A stretch of 64,000 nucleotides of DNA, from positions 26,538,001-26,602,000 of the forward strand of contig NC_087437.1 in assembly GCF_036321535.1 (NCBI RefSeq), written 5' to 3'. This document shows, one piece after another, positions 38,195 to 51,284 of the stretch; position 1 is the stretch's first letter, and each line of letters begins with the position of its first letter. The notes under the pieces are model-generated. The model was not told the origin of the DNA and did not search any database. It saw only the letters and a list, made by a program, of their open reading frames with translations. This DNA comes from Camelus dromedarius. Taxonomy: Eukaryota. The translations under genes and the position numbers were made by a program.

Positions 38195-38400
38195 GGCGAA
38201 ATGGCAGAGTGGCTGAAAGCATGGACCCCGGAGTCAGAGGGTGTGGGTTCAAATCCCATCTCTGCCTCAGTTTGGCCCTCCGCCTCAGTGTTCCTCCTTG
38301 TAAAGTGAGGTTTATAACAGAACTTACCTTATGGGATTGTTGTGAGGATTAAATGAGTAATCTGTAGAGAACCTAGAGTAGTAAGCACGAAGTGTTTCCC
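38195..38400 (+). mobile_element. MIR SINE
   Basis: 'gggttcaaatcccatctctgcc...gggattgttgtgaggattaaatgag'. Confidence 0.85.
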
Positions 38401-39670
38401 TTGTTACTGGTATTTATTTTAAAAGGCTAACAAAAACTGAGAGTGACCGCTTACTCTTCACGACATAAGCAGAGTTTGAGGGAGCAACCTGGAAATCAAC
38501 ATAAGGGATTTAGGTTAGGCATGAAGAACTTGGAGAGTTTTTGTTGTTTTTTTAAGTCCTGGAATAGTACACCAAAGAAGTTATAAGGGCTTGGAAAATA
38601 GATGCCTTTAAAAGTAGGGCAGTTAGTTACTTATTTGATCAGGATAGTTTGGGTGTAAATCTGTTATCCTAGAGGCATCTCACGATGAGCGCCAACCATC
38701 TTGATCTGGATGGCTTGGAATTTCATGTAGTTGTCAAGATCTCTCCTGACTTTAAATTAGTGATGGCACTGGTGATGATGGTGAATGGTTTGTCATTTCC
38801 GAAAGGTACATTTGCCCTGGCGGCGGACAAACTGCCTGCTAAAACCCTAGAGAAGAGACTGCTACTAGAATATGGTGAAAGTTGTCTTCATGTTTCAGAT
38901 GATGAAGATTGACAAAGAGCATTTCAACACTCACTGTGACCATGCAGGGTGATTTTCCATGTGAGTTAATGCTATTGAACGGAATAGAAAGTGTCTTAAA
39001 GTTTTCCTAAACCCAGCTGTGTGTCTTGTTACAGGCTCTCCATTGTTTGAAAAACTGTCAAGAAGACACAGAACAGAGCAATTAAAATTAAAAATAATTT
39101 AAAACTAGGTTCCTGGGACTGTCTGTGAGCTGCTAGTGGTTTGCCAAAAACACAGCCAGGAACCCAAAACAATCTGTGATCAGTTCATCTTTTGGTCACG
39201 ATGAATTCAAAGGCTGCCTTGAGATAAGAGGAGTAAAGCATCCCACATCTTGGGGCCCAGTTGGCTTTATGGGTAACTCTTTCCTAAAGATCAACACACC
39301 GACAAACAATCAAAACCAGGCAGTCTGCAAGAGTTATATTTGACCCCAGTGTTGCCATCACAGAAAGAGAAACATAGCATTCAATCTATAGTCTATGTAA
39401 ATCATAGAGTTGAAAGGACCTTAACAATGTCATGGTCCACCCATGAGCTCCACCCCCATTTTACAGGTGGCAAAACTGAGGCTCTGAGAGCTCAAGAGCT
39501 TTATCCAAGGCATGACAGCTTGCTGGTGGCAGAGCTGAGATAGGAACCCTGCCTGGCCCTCCAACTTCATCTTTCACTGCTCTCCTCCCTCATTACACTT
39601 TAGGAAAAACCGTCTCCGTTCTCTTCTACCAGGCTGGGCTTGATCCCATTTCAGATGCACTTGCTACTTC

Positions 39671-40298
39671 CGAGACAGGAGGGAGGGGGGCAGGGCACAA
39701 GCATGGAAAGAATGTCACAGCAGTTAGCACCAAAAAGGTGGAAAATCCAACTCCCAGTAGACCTTGAGCTTCAATATATGCTCACTGAAATACAAAAGCA
39801 TCCTAAATGGCCCTCCCACTGGTGCCATGACAGTTTCAAGGCTGACCATAAAAGGTCAAAAAGTAGGTGACAGCCCAGTTCCTGGGAATCCCAGCCCCTT
39901 CCCAAAAGTAGTTGGAATAATCCTCCCACTTGTTAGCATATGACGTTACTGAGCGCATAAAAACTAACAACCCCCACACCTGGTGGCCGATCTCACTTTT
40001 CCCAGCTGACCCCATGCCCTGAGGCCACCGCTCTCCCTTCTGTGTCAGATGGCCCGCATTCTGCCTAGGAGGGTGCATCTCCTGGGCCTTGGCCGTTCTC
40101 TCGCCTTCTGAAGTGGCTCTCACTGGGTCTATGGCTGTGCATCTCTCTGAATAAATCTACTTTCACTCAGCTATGGCTCACCCTTGAGTTCTTTCCTGCA
40201 CGAAGCCAAGGACCCTCACTTGGTAGGGCACATGCCAGGGACTTGCCTGGGACCTGGGACATGGCCATCCTCTCTCGCCCCACATCTTTCCTGTATCA
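39671..40298 (+). mobile_element. MER41-like ERV1 solo LTR with perfect 4-bp TSD
   Basis: TSD CTTC at 39667-39670 and 40299-40302; 'gtgccatgacagttt', 'gaataatcctcccacttgttagcatat', 'gaataaatctactttcact...gagttctttcctgcacgaagccaag' match recalled MER41 motifs; ends ...GTATCA. Confidence 0.8.
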
Positions 40299-40302
40299 CT
40301 TC

Positions 40303-40615
40303 CTCTGTCTTTCCCCTCATATACTCATTCCTGTGTCTCCTCCTTTGCTTGAATGTCACCTCAGCTGTGATCTTTATTCCCTAATTATTCCCTGATAACC
40401 CATCACAATCTGTTTATTGTATCACACTGTTGAATTGTGTCTCCGGCACATGAATATCTGAAATTATCTTCTTTATTAATTATTTCTTTTTGTTGTTGTT
40501 GTCTCCCTGCCATTCTCAGGTAACCCCCAGGAGAGCTGGGGTCTTACCCTTGTTGTTCCTGCTTCTAGAGTGTTGTCCGGCACAGCGTAGGTGCTCGATG
40601 GACACTGCTGACTGC
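40303..40615 (+). mobile_element. L2 3' region (host of the LTR)
   Basis: 'tgcttgaatgtcacctc', 'tctagagtgttgtccggcacagcgtaggtgctcgat'. Confidence 0.6.
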
Positions 40616-40704
40616 AAAAACGAAATAAGAGCTTTCTAAGAGCCACTCTATTTATCAGGATCTCCTGACTACATTATGCTGCAACTTTTACTTAATGTAG
40701 CATA

Positions 40705-40915
40705 AATAATAGCTACGATTTATTGAGGATGTGGTATATTTTCAAATGTTACGTTAGGCCTTTTTCAAATCTTATTACATTTACTCTTCACAAAGACCGT
40801 AGGTGGGAGGAGTAATTATCCTTGTTTAACGGATGCAAAAGCTGAGACTCAGAATTTAAGTGGCTCAAACAAGTGGCAAATCGTCATTCAAACCCATGCT
40901 TGTCTGACTTGAAAG
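40705..40915 (-). mobile_element. MIR SINE
   Basis: 'aataatagctacgatttattgag...attcaaacccatgcttgtctgact'. Confidence 0.7.
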
Positions 40916-43559
40916 TCATCAAATCTAAGGTAAGCATACTTGTGACATGCCTTATTTATTATATCTGTTCCCAAGGGTTCAATATCAGGGCCATATCAGT
41001 CAATGCGATTACAGATTGTGAGAGCTCAGAACGGGTTTGAATTTCACATTAATAATGAAGCAGTCCATTGAAAGTACAGCGATGTTTATAATCGCATTGA
41101 TCTTTGCATGTTCAAGTAAGCTTTGGCATTCTCGTTTGTTTAGGTCTTGATTTGTTTGTTGTGTCTGCTGGGCTCCTGAGAGAAAAGGAGAAATCGTTTC
41201 TGTTGAGAGGAGAGCGGCTGACTCAGGGCTGACTGGCGCGGAGGAGCTGATACCCAGGGTCCAGCCCTGCAACTGTGCAGGAGCCTCTGCCTCCAGGAAA
41301 TGGGGGTGGGGCTGCTTCACTCAGACTATGAATCAGGATCTTCAGAAAAACTGCAAACAGGACCTACAGCCCTAGTCTTGTTCCCTGCTCTGACTGCTAA
41401 TCGCTGAGTGCCCTCAGCCCCCCAAGCTGTGAATGTGGAGAGTTGTGTAAATGTCCAATGACAGGTTGAGAGACAACAGGACGTCACTTTGGGCTGGCAG
41501 GCTTTTCAGACTCTTTTCAGCCTTGATTCTCATATCCTGGCCCTTAATAGTGAAGGGAGGTCGGACTCTGAGGAGGATCAAAACAGTTGTTCGATTCAAG
41601 GATGTGTCCAGTCCACCCTGAGAGCACCAAGGGGAGAAGGTTCAGGAGTGGTGACTCGGATCGAATCAGCTGCCTCCGTGACCTGGCTGTGGTCACAGGC
41701 ATCCAGCGCAGACTGCCAGGCACATTCATGACTGCCCCACCCCTGCCCTGGTGGGCAGCCAGCATCCCCCACGGGCTCCCTGCCTTACACCCATTCTCTT
41801 TCCTCTCCCACCTCGACTCCATGGTCCTTTACACCATCCCTTCCTGCTAGCCTGTCTCCGTAAGTGCCCTGTACTAAGAGTCTCTTCCCCAACCTAGAGG
41901 TCTATTTTGCAAGAGCCCACGTCCATGACTGGAGGAGCTTCAGAATGGGTCGTGTCCGCTATATTTATTTGTATCCAAATATCTCCTTTGGCAAATCCCT
42001 GCTTGATGCTTACCTATAGCAACACAGATATGTAACAAGGGTACCTGAGGACTCAATGCAAAGGAAGGAAAATTAATTTTTAGGCCTTTCTAAAGTCTCG
42101 ATCATCTTTTGTGCAAAGCAGAAGGTGGCAGATCACAAGCTGGCCTTATACTCTGTAGACTGCGGGGGCACCACAGAGCAATGAGGTGCAGTGAAAACAT
42201 AAAGCTGGATTTTTAAATATGTTAATGATGAGAGGAAAGAATACTACTTGCACATTAAACATGAGATAAGAGAAGTGGTACATTTTTCTTCAGCAACTTC
42301 AGGATGGGAATATGGGAGAAGAGAGTAGAGTGTGAAATTTTAATGACCTGTTGTGGCTTTTAGGAGGAAAAACAAATGAAGAGGCATGGAAAGAAAGCAG
42401 GATATACTGAAAGGGACTGGAGGTTCATCTAAGAGGAGAGATTTTAGGATTAAAATAGAAAGGAGGCTGGTTTAGGGATTTCATCTTCCAGAATCCTGGG
42501 GTACCACTGTGCCGGGGGAGGCTGCCCATGCTTCAAAGTCAAGGGGTAGACATGGGACTCTGATAGGAAAGGACTCAGGTATGCTAACCAAGATTTTCCA
42601 GCAACGGAGCTAGGGAGCATGTGCAGATTTTCAGGTGGGTACAGAGAGCACCTGCACCTTGGGTGAAGGATCAGTCATGCGGCTCACAGAGGTAGCACAA
42701 ACACAGGGAGCTGTTGCCAGGGTTTCCTGAGCCGTTACTAAGGGTCAGAGGAGGCCTTAGCTGTGGGCATGTCAGGCTGATCTCTGATGTGGCCAAGGAG
42801 TGAAGTCTGGGTGAGATGGTGCCCAGGCTAGGGTGCACCACACAGGGATGGGCAGTGGGCCCCAAAAGGGGCATGCAGAGGCTCATGAACCCAGATGCCT
42901 ACAAAGAAGGAAGGGAGTCTGCATGCACCTCCGGTAAACTTGAACAGGAAAACAGGTCTTTGCCATACTTTCAAGGGCTTATTGCCATCCTGTCCTGGTT
43001 ACAGCTCATCTCTGCAGGGGCTTCCTAGAGAGGAATGCAAAAGCTGACTTGATGGAGATACCCTTAGTGGAAGAGCAGAGATAATGTTCCTCACCAATGT
43101 TTCCCTTCATCAAGGGCTGGAGCTGGAAGCGAGATGGCTAAAGTGGGGGATGGTCTGGAACAGACTGGGATGGTTTATGTTTATGCTGAGTTATCAACGT
43201 AACTGAGGCTGTGAACCCATTCCTCACCTTACCACTCTCCCTCACTGCACTACAGATGGCTGGCTCTGACGCTGTGTTACAGAGAAAAGCTCTTCAGAAG
43301 AAGTAAGAAGAAAAAACTAGAAAGATGTTCACCTCAAAACTAAGTTCCAGTCCAGTGGGGCAGGCAATTGAGGCGCTAGTCTGGGGTCAGTGACCTAGAT
43401 TAGGTCCAGAAGAGATAGAAATTTAGAAGCCTGGGTATGTGTCAGGGGGCACAAAGGAGGGGATCCACTTTAAAGGTCATGGCAAGGCTAAGGACAAGAG
43501 TTCAGAAGGCCAGCCAGAATAGCACTCATGACCAGGCTGGTCATATTTAGCAAGAAGAT

Positions 43560-43954
43560 GGTCTCACTGTGGGGAAAGAACTGGGTATATCTATGGTTTG
43601 AGTGGGGGTGAGTCTTGGTTGACTTAATCCTGTGATTGGTTCGTGGACACAAAACCCAACCTGAGACTGTAAGAAATAAGATACTTGCTAGGGTTTCAGG
43701 GAAAGAAAATTTTTCCTTTCCAATTTGGTAAGATATTTTATTCCTGTGCGTGGAGTGTGAATATGTGAGACCTACAGCTACTGTAGCCATGGGGTAGAGG
43801 ATGTGGGGCCAGGTGGGCTGCAGGCCCATGTCATGTGGAGCCTATGTGTGGCAGGGCAGGAGTGCTGACTTTAATGGCGTTGTCTGAGCTGCTGGATCAA
43901 ACCTGGCCTGAAACACCAGTTACCTCTGAACTTCAGATATATGAACAAATACAC

Positions 43955-43992
<38 letters not shown>

Positions 43993-44045
43993 GCCACTTT
44001 GAATGAGATATTCTGTTTTTATTTTTCAATATAGTCTTAATTGAT
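43560..44045 (+). mobile_element. Old MLT1 LTR fragment
   Basis: 'gagctgctggatcaaacctggcctgaaacacc...ccactttgaatgagatattctgtt'. Confidence 0.55.
43955..43992. repeat. (TTA)n microsatellite
   Basis: Directly visible, about 12 units. Confidence 0.95.
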
Positions 44046-45012
44046 GCATTATGGATGGGTGAAGGGAACAAAGCCTACAGGAGGAGTTATGATGCTCTGT
44101 AAATGCCTCTAATTTCAGGAATCAGGTCTGAAAGGAAACAAATCCTCCTGGAATCTCAAGGGATGGTGATTTTGAATATTACTTGAGAGCAGTCCCCCAG
44201 GGTGGGAGCCTCTACCAAAAACGGAACACAGACTGTACAAGGGCAGTAACGATGTTCAGAAGGTGAATGGTGAGAATGCCATCACTTTGTATTTGATTTG
44301 CTTTTTGGGCTTTCCTAAAAGGGTGGGAGGTGGGTCAGGATTTCTTGCACTCTGCTAAATGTTTTGTTGAATTCGTCTATGAGGTAGGAAAAAACTCACA
44401 AAATTGGCCCTTCCAGATTGCTCTCTAAGTTCTGAGAAAGTAAGACAGCCCCAAATACCACAAGGTGGCTGAGCGTGGGTGGTGGCAGGAGAAGGCGCAG
44501 AAGTGTTCCTGGTAGAAGGCCCCCCAGTGTGATCTTCCTGGAAGAACTGTGCTCCTGGGTCCGGGATCCACCCTACAGCCTCACCCTCCCACTCCCCAGG
44601 GGCCAGCACCATGTGCTGAGGCTGCTCTTCCAAAGCACTCTTTAGTTGGGGTTCACTCACTCATCCCAGGAAAAAGTCACCTGCAGAGGAAAGCTGCACA
44701 GATAGGCAGTCCCTTTCAGTGGCCTGACGTCACAGAGCAAGGGAAGCTCCCCAGTACCGCTACTTCTCTTCTGTTTCTCGCATTGTCTCCAATATTAAAA
44801 TGCAAGTGCTGAGTGACTTGTGAGCATGTGCCCTAAATGATATTGATCATCTCTTAATATGAACTAACTCCTCAGACCCTTTCTGGAGGGCAAGTTTGGA
44901 CTTCTGGAGAGGGGAGAGAGCATGAATGTGGAAGGAGACCAGGAGGAGAGAACTGATAACTATTGAGGAGTTGCTGCAAGTTGGGTCTCTTGATGGACCC
45001 TTCATATACATG

Positions 45013-46005
45013 TAGTGTTTCCCAAAGAGAGTGCTGAGAAAGCTAGTCCTGCAGGAGATAGGTCTCTAAACTTTTTTGCTCACCTACTTACTAAGAAAAT
45101 TTTGAATAATTACGTACACTTTTGTACCTGTTTAACATTAAGAAAATTATTCACTGTAACTTTAAAGATTTTTTTAAATTAATAAGAGTAGAAAATATTA
45201 CACATTTGATAGCATGAAATCAGGTGAGGCTTAATCACAATTGGCATACATTTTTCATAATAAGACTTGATAAAATAAATTCTGACTGGCTTATTGCATG
45301 GAGAGTATCAAATCTGAAAGCAATGATGTGAAATTTTTACCTAAGAGCTTTCTTTGATGTATCTCAAAACATTTGGTGGTCTCAGAAAACATTCCAGTTA
45401 CAGGCTAAAGAATATGTATCATGAAGCTGTACGACTTCAGCTATTCTGAATTCAGGGCGTCTCGGCATGAACTGAACATCACGTTTAATTCAAAGCTTCA
45501 GGATTAAACAAAAAAGTCTGGATGAGACAGAGGACCCTACTAGTTTCATGATTTAATATTAAAGGAGCAGGCAATTCAGGGTACTTGGACCCCAGGGCAA
45601 GGCCCCATGATAAGATTTGGGGTGAATGAGAAGCCAGCCTCTCTTAAAAAGGGGGGACAAGGCCACGGTATTGGGACGGCAGTTATTCTCAGGTGGATTA
45701 GTTTTATGAAAGAGCACATATGAATGAAATCTGGAAACTGAGTCCTTTTAAACTACCTGTGTCTCTTGGAAAAATTCATGTGCCCCTGAGGTACATGAAC
45801 CCCATCATCAAGGCAACTCTTGTAGATTGCTCCATGACAACAGGGCTCCAAGGTTAAGATGATTTGGGAAATGCATGCCAGATTCTCTTACCCACTTCTT
45901 AAAGGCTCTGAGAAGGCCTGCAATAAAGAAACACATCCTTGTTTTCCAAATATACGTGTTTATTTTTATTTAACACCTGTTAGCATTACCATAAAAACTT
46001 TTGGA
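45013..46005. mobile_element. Nested hAT-Charlie fragments
   Basis: Charlie-type termini 'agtgtttcccaaag', 'ggtctctaaactttttt', 'tttgggaaatgca', 'aaggctctgagaaggcctgcaataaagaaac'; families not resolved. Confidence 0.4.
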
Positions 46006-46066
46006 ATGGTGTCATTATTGGCATTCTACAGATAAAGAAACTGAAGTTAAGTCACTTGCTCTAGGC

Positions 46067-46290
46067 CAGGGGTCTACAACCTCTTTCTCTGAAGGGTCAG
46101 ATAGTAAATGTTTTAACTTTGAGAGCCCTTTGGTCTCTGTTGTGGCTGCAAAACTCCATTGTTGCAGCACAAAAGCAGCCACAGACAATTCATCAACAAA
46201 TGAGCTGTAAGTTCCAATAAACCTTTATTTACAAAATCAAGTGGTGGGCCGGATTTGGTCCGCAGGCCACGTGCAGTTTGACAACCTCTG
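46067..46290. mobile_element. MER58A hAT MITE with perfect 8-bp TSD, inserted in a MIR
   Basis: CAGGGG...CTCTG termini; TSD CTCTAGGC at 46059-46066 and 46291-46298; MIR halves on both sides. Confidence 0.9.
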
Positions 46291-47819
46291 CTCTAGGCTC
46301 TATACCTAAAGGGATTTGAAGTCAAGTCTGCTGACTTTACGATGTCAATCCTGTCCCCACGTCACCTGGTCAGGTGTCATGGAGGGCCCCAAATGGGAGG
46401 CTGGGGCACAGGAGACGAACCTCACCTCCTGAAACATTTTGCCAAGGACTGGCCCCTTCCAGCTTAGCATGTTCTGAGGCCAGTGTGGTCTCTCCCTCAG
46501 TGTTAGAGTTCCCCTGCCATCACCTGCACGCATCTTCAATAAGCAAATCAATATGGGTCTCAAAGTCCAAAGAGAAAGTATCCCCCCCAGGCCCTAGCTG
46601 CCAAGTACAAAGAACACAAATCATCTTTTAGGACAAATCAACAGCCTGACAGTCCCGACCTCAGTGGGACCTCGTGGACAAGTTCTTTCTCGTGTTGTTT
46701 AATAGGTTTGTCCTTGAGTCAAGAGCTTCTGAATAGTGCTGGTAATGAGATTAGCTATTTTTATTTTAGTTCTTCAAAGCTTTCAGAAAGCTAAAAGGTA
46801 TTCATAAATCTTTGCCTGCTGCCAAGGTAAAGGTATTTACACGGGAAAGGAATGCCTACGTGACCTGCCCTGATGTGAAGCCATACATCCTTGTAGGACT
46901 GGCCATGAGAAGAGCCTGACAGAGTTCATTCTTGAACAGAATCAAATGATGGTCATTATTTCTTGGGTGGAGATCGCACCCTGGAAACAGAACTCATCTG
47001 GGGCAGCTGCAAAATGCAGAAGAGGATTCAGCAGGCCCTCATCACAGAGCCCTTCACAAAGGCCTTCAGTACATGGTTAACCTCCACAACAATGGAAAGA
47101 ACTATTTTCATTTTTCTGAGAATGCTAGACAGGGGTCCCATCATAAAAGCCTGGAGATGTCATGCTAAGGGGGTCCGATTGGAAACTGCAGAGAACTGTG
47201 TCAGAAGGGGAGTGACTCGCTCAAACATACATTAAGAAAGTCCCTTCAGGCATCAGGATGGACAGGAGGGAGGTGGGAGGATTTGATGGTAGTCTAGGAG
47301 AGACACGATGGGCACCCGATTTTTGGCTGGGATGGCAGGGGATGGAGAAGAGAGCGTGGGAGATGGGGATCGTCATTAGGACGAAAGGTCACTCTGATAT
47401 GGACAACTGAGGTTTGCTCAGTCTGGTGACAGGTGCCATACAGATGTGGTTTCCAGCCTCCTCCTCTGCCTCCAAACATACTGGCACCCCGGGCCCTTCC
47501 CATAGGAACATTCTGGAGCTGCTCTTAGCATGAAGCATTCTATAAACTGCTGCCTGGTTTTTGCAACAAACATGGTCCTCTTCAAAATGAAGGTCAGTAC
47601 CCTGGCTTCTTGCTTCCATACCTACTGAATAATCTTTCTGCTTTATCATCATTACCACAAACATGGAGCAATATCCAGATGGGTCACTTCTTGAAGCAGA
47701 GAACAAAAAAGTGTCTTTGACAATGTGGAGTGTCAACTACAAAGGAACAGCATGGTGGAGAAGCGCTCAGAGCGTGGTTATGACAGACTGTTTCCAAAAT
47801 AGCAGCTGAGAAACCATCT

Positions 47820-48305
47820 TAAACGTGGAAATCCCTGTGGAAACGCAAGCGTCTCTTCTGCCCTCTCGAAGCCTGCCAGGGCGCAGAGGCTGTGTCATAG
47901 ATCAGTGTCACCCGCCACCCAGGGGCCGAGGACTTCTGGTAATTGTTGAAACTTCACTCACTGTTTCCCGGGCGTATCAGGCCTTGGCAGGTCGCGGCGG
48001 GCGCCAGTCTCTGCTTCCTTTGAAGCCTCTCTCCTTTCGCGCTGGCCAGTTCATTAGCTGCCAACAGGCTGCGGCCCCGGCTGCCCGCTGCTGCCACCTG
48101 ACACCGCTTTGGGCTTTGTTCCCGCACCACTGGAACTCGGTGGCAAAAATCAGATCCAAGTCAGCGTTATCACGGGAACTGCAGAAGCAGCCCGTTCTCG
48201 GGTTTTCGGTGTTCCTCCGCATTTGGCTGCTCCTTCCCTGCTGCCGTCCTCGCCTTCTCCCTGACCTGTCCTCTCAGGCTCTAACTCCTAGCCTGTCCAT
48301 CGGAT
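47820..48305. promoter_or_regulatory. Small orphan CpG island / candidate enhancer or promoter
   Basis: About 30 CpG by hand count in about 480 bp against a CpG-depleted background; TE-free; TCF/LEF, E2F, SOX and E-box motifs. Confidence 0.6.
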
Positions 48306-49514
48306 TCCTGCCATAAACTGGATTCTATGTGGGGGCTCTGAGATGCCCAGGGCCTGGTGCCTCCCCTCAGGGACTGGCAAGTCAGCTGGAAAGAAAGGAA
48401 TGTGCACATATAGCAACCCCCACTTCAGGCACACAATTCCATGTCCACTGGCCTCACAGAGAGGCCTTCTCCTGGTGCCTGAGTGGATGTAAGTGCCGAT
48501 TCAGAGGTACCAAGCGAGAAAATAAAAAATTTCTTCTTGGGGGTCATAGAGAACCTTCTGTTCACATTTTTGTGGTGTGGATAATGGCTGGGCCTAGAGC
48601 GAATAGGAAAGCTTCATATACTGGGCTAGGATACCTTTCATTATGGTCCATTAGATTCATTTTTACATCAAACAAACGTTAGCTGTTTTGTTTGTTTGTT
48701 TTATTTTGTTTTGTTTTTAAGACCCTAGGATCATAAGTGGGACCTCCAGAAAACTAGGTACATGCAGGTGAGGATGGGACAGATGCCTGACTTCAATGTA
48801 AATCAGAATATGGTTCCAACAAACCCTACTGATGTTTAGTTTCTCGTCTCTCCCCTGCAAAGTGACACAGGAGAGAAACTAGCAGAAAAGATGAACAGAA
48901 TTCTCAGGGGAGGAGCTTTGAGCTCTATTGTTTTTCTTCATCCACTCATCTCTCCACCTTGAAGAAACTGTATTTAAGACTCTGGTGGAACTTGGCCACA
49001 AAGCATTCCATTCAGACCTTTTGTCCTGTAAGGGAGAAAAAAGTAATTCCAAAATGCTGATCTCACTTTTCTGTTGGAGGCTTCTGAGCTCTGTCTGTCC
49101 AAAGAACATTCTGCTAATTAGTCAGACAGCCGGTGAGTTAGAGCTGCTTGGCTTTTAAGGGAATAGGCATTGTACAAAGCGTAAGCATCTCTGACAGTTG
49201 GGATTTCTGCTTTCAATTTGCTGACACTGAGTTCTTCTCTGGTGTGATCAAAAAAGTCCAGCCGTCTGTGGTTTTGAACAGCACTGAGTGTTTGATCACA
49301 GGCCTGTGTGTGGGATGGAAGAGGAGACTCGCTAGGCGACAGGTCTGGGCTAAACTGCAGGGCTGAGTAGTGGGAGAAAGGGCTTTACCCTTATAGACAC
49401 TGAAGAGTGAATCATAATCTCTTGACTCATTTACTCCAGTCATTTGGGGCTGGGTTGGCTCATTGCCCTTGGACATCTTTAACTTTCCTCTATTCTCATG
49501 TGACTTGTCATGTA

Positions 49515-49700
49515 CCAGTGAACTACAGCACAGGGCTTTAGAATCAAACAGGCACTGCAATCCTGAGTCTCCTTGCCTACTTTGGGTGAGATCCTAATCT
49601 TTCTAAGCCTCAGTTTCTTCATCTGTAAAATGGGGATAATCATCACATACAGGGTGACCATGAGGATTAACCACAATAAATTATACTGAGTAGCTGGCCC
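49515..49700 (+). mobile_element. MIR SINE (a second MIR follows at about 49730-49880)
   Basis: 'aagcctcagtttcttcatctgtaaaatggggataat'. Confidence 0.85.
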
Positions 49701-50095
49701 ACTGCCTAATCCATTGCAGGTGCTCAAGAGATTATTTCCCTTTCTGATCTCAGCTTTGCCACATAATAGCTGGGAGACTTTTAGCAAGTCATTTAAATAT
49801 TTCTGGCCTCAGTTTTCCTTATCTTTAAATTGGAGACACAACTCCTGCTCACTGGGATGTTCTGAGGTGTCTGGACACACGTGCCTGTGTCTGTGGGTGA
49901 TGCCACCACTATGAGACCTGCCTGATGGCTCAGTGGTCAACTTCACTGGCACTGCCCTTGTGGAATAGAAGAGTGTGTGGCTTATGTCTGAGAGGTCAAG
50001 GGGTGTGTCTCCCAGAAGTGGGACAAGCCTGCAGGCATGCTTCTTGCAAGTGGATATCCTAAATGTAAATAAGAAATTGTTTTTCCTTCACAAAG

Positions 50096-50592
50096 TATGA
50101 TGGTTAATTTTTATGTGTCAACTTGACTGGGCCACAGGAGGCACAGACATATGGTCAAACACTATTCTAAGCTGTCTATGAGAGTGTTTCTGGATGAGAT
50201 TAACATCTGAATGGGTAGACTGAGTAAAGGAGATTGCCCTGCCCAAATGTGGTGGGCCACACCTAATCAGTGAATGATCTAAACTGAACCAAAAGACCAA
50301 CCCTCATGAGGGTAAGAGGGGATTCCTCTTGCCTTACTGCCTCTGAGCTGGGACACTGGTCTTTTCTTGCCTTTGGACATTAGCTGAAACATCTCTCTGT
50401 GGGTCTTGATTCCTACTGGTCTTCAGACTGGAACTCACCCCACCTGCTCTCCTGGGTCTCCAGCCTGCTGATCTTGGAACTTCTCAGCCTCCATAACCAT
50501 GTATGCCAATTTTTTATAATAAATCTGTCTATCTATCCATTCAATCATCTAACTCTCTTACTGGTCCTATTCCTCTGGAGAATCTTAATACG
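50096..50592 (+). mobile_element. MLT2 (ERVL) solo LTR
   Basis: 'gatggttaatttttatgtgtcaacttgactgggcca...ctcagcctccataaccatg...ctctggagaatcttaatac'; 5-bp flanks CAAAG/GAAAG. Confidence 0.88.
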
Positions 50593-51284
50593 GAAAGTCA
50601 TTTGTCACTCTTTGCTCTCGCACTGTGTCTGTCTTAATCCAGAGGTTTCTCATCCCAGAATATGAGCAGCAAAACTGATTTTTTTGCTTTCAGCCCTCAG
50701 ATGAGTCTTCCTAAAATTCCAATTACCTCCCGTCTTTTTCCTACTCAAAAATTCAACGGCCCCATCACCTAGATAAACTGAGGACCCCTCAGTCTGATCT
50801 GCAAGACCCACCTATCTGGTTCACTTTATCTTAGTTCCCACCTTTTTGCTCACACACTCTCCACTCATTCACGAAACTCTCATCACTATTTTCCAAAAAA
50901 GATGTGTATATTCTAAACTCCTAGCCGTGGTCCATGCCCTTCCTCCTACCCAGAATGCCTTTCCTTTCAGCCCATCCTAAACATAACCTCATTTTTGCCA
51001 TGAGCTGTTATAGTCATTGCAGCCCATTGCAACTTGGCTTAGGAAACAAGTGCCTGAGTTTCTCAGCTCAGGAATGGTCACAAGTGAAGCAGGGAGGGGA
51101 AGCAGGTTTGTTGGGGAAATGATTTTTTAAACACTTGGAGACTTATGGCAATGGAATTTTTGGTGGGGGTGGGGAGTTTCTCCTTTCAAAATCATGTTGG
51201 ACTTCAATGAGAGAAATGTTGTTTAGGGGAAATGTTTCTTGAAACTTTTTGTCCCACGGGCACCTGACAATCTTCTTGAATTCT

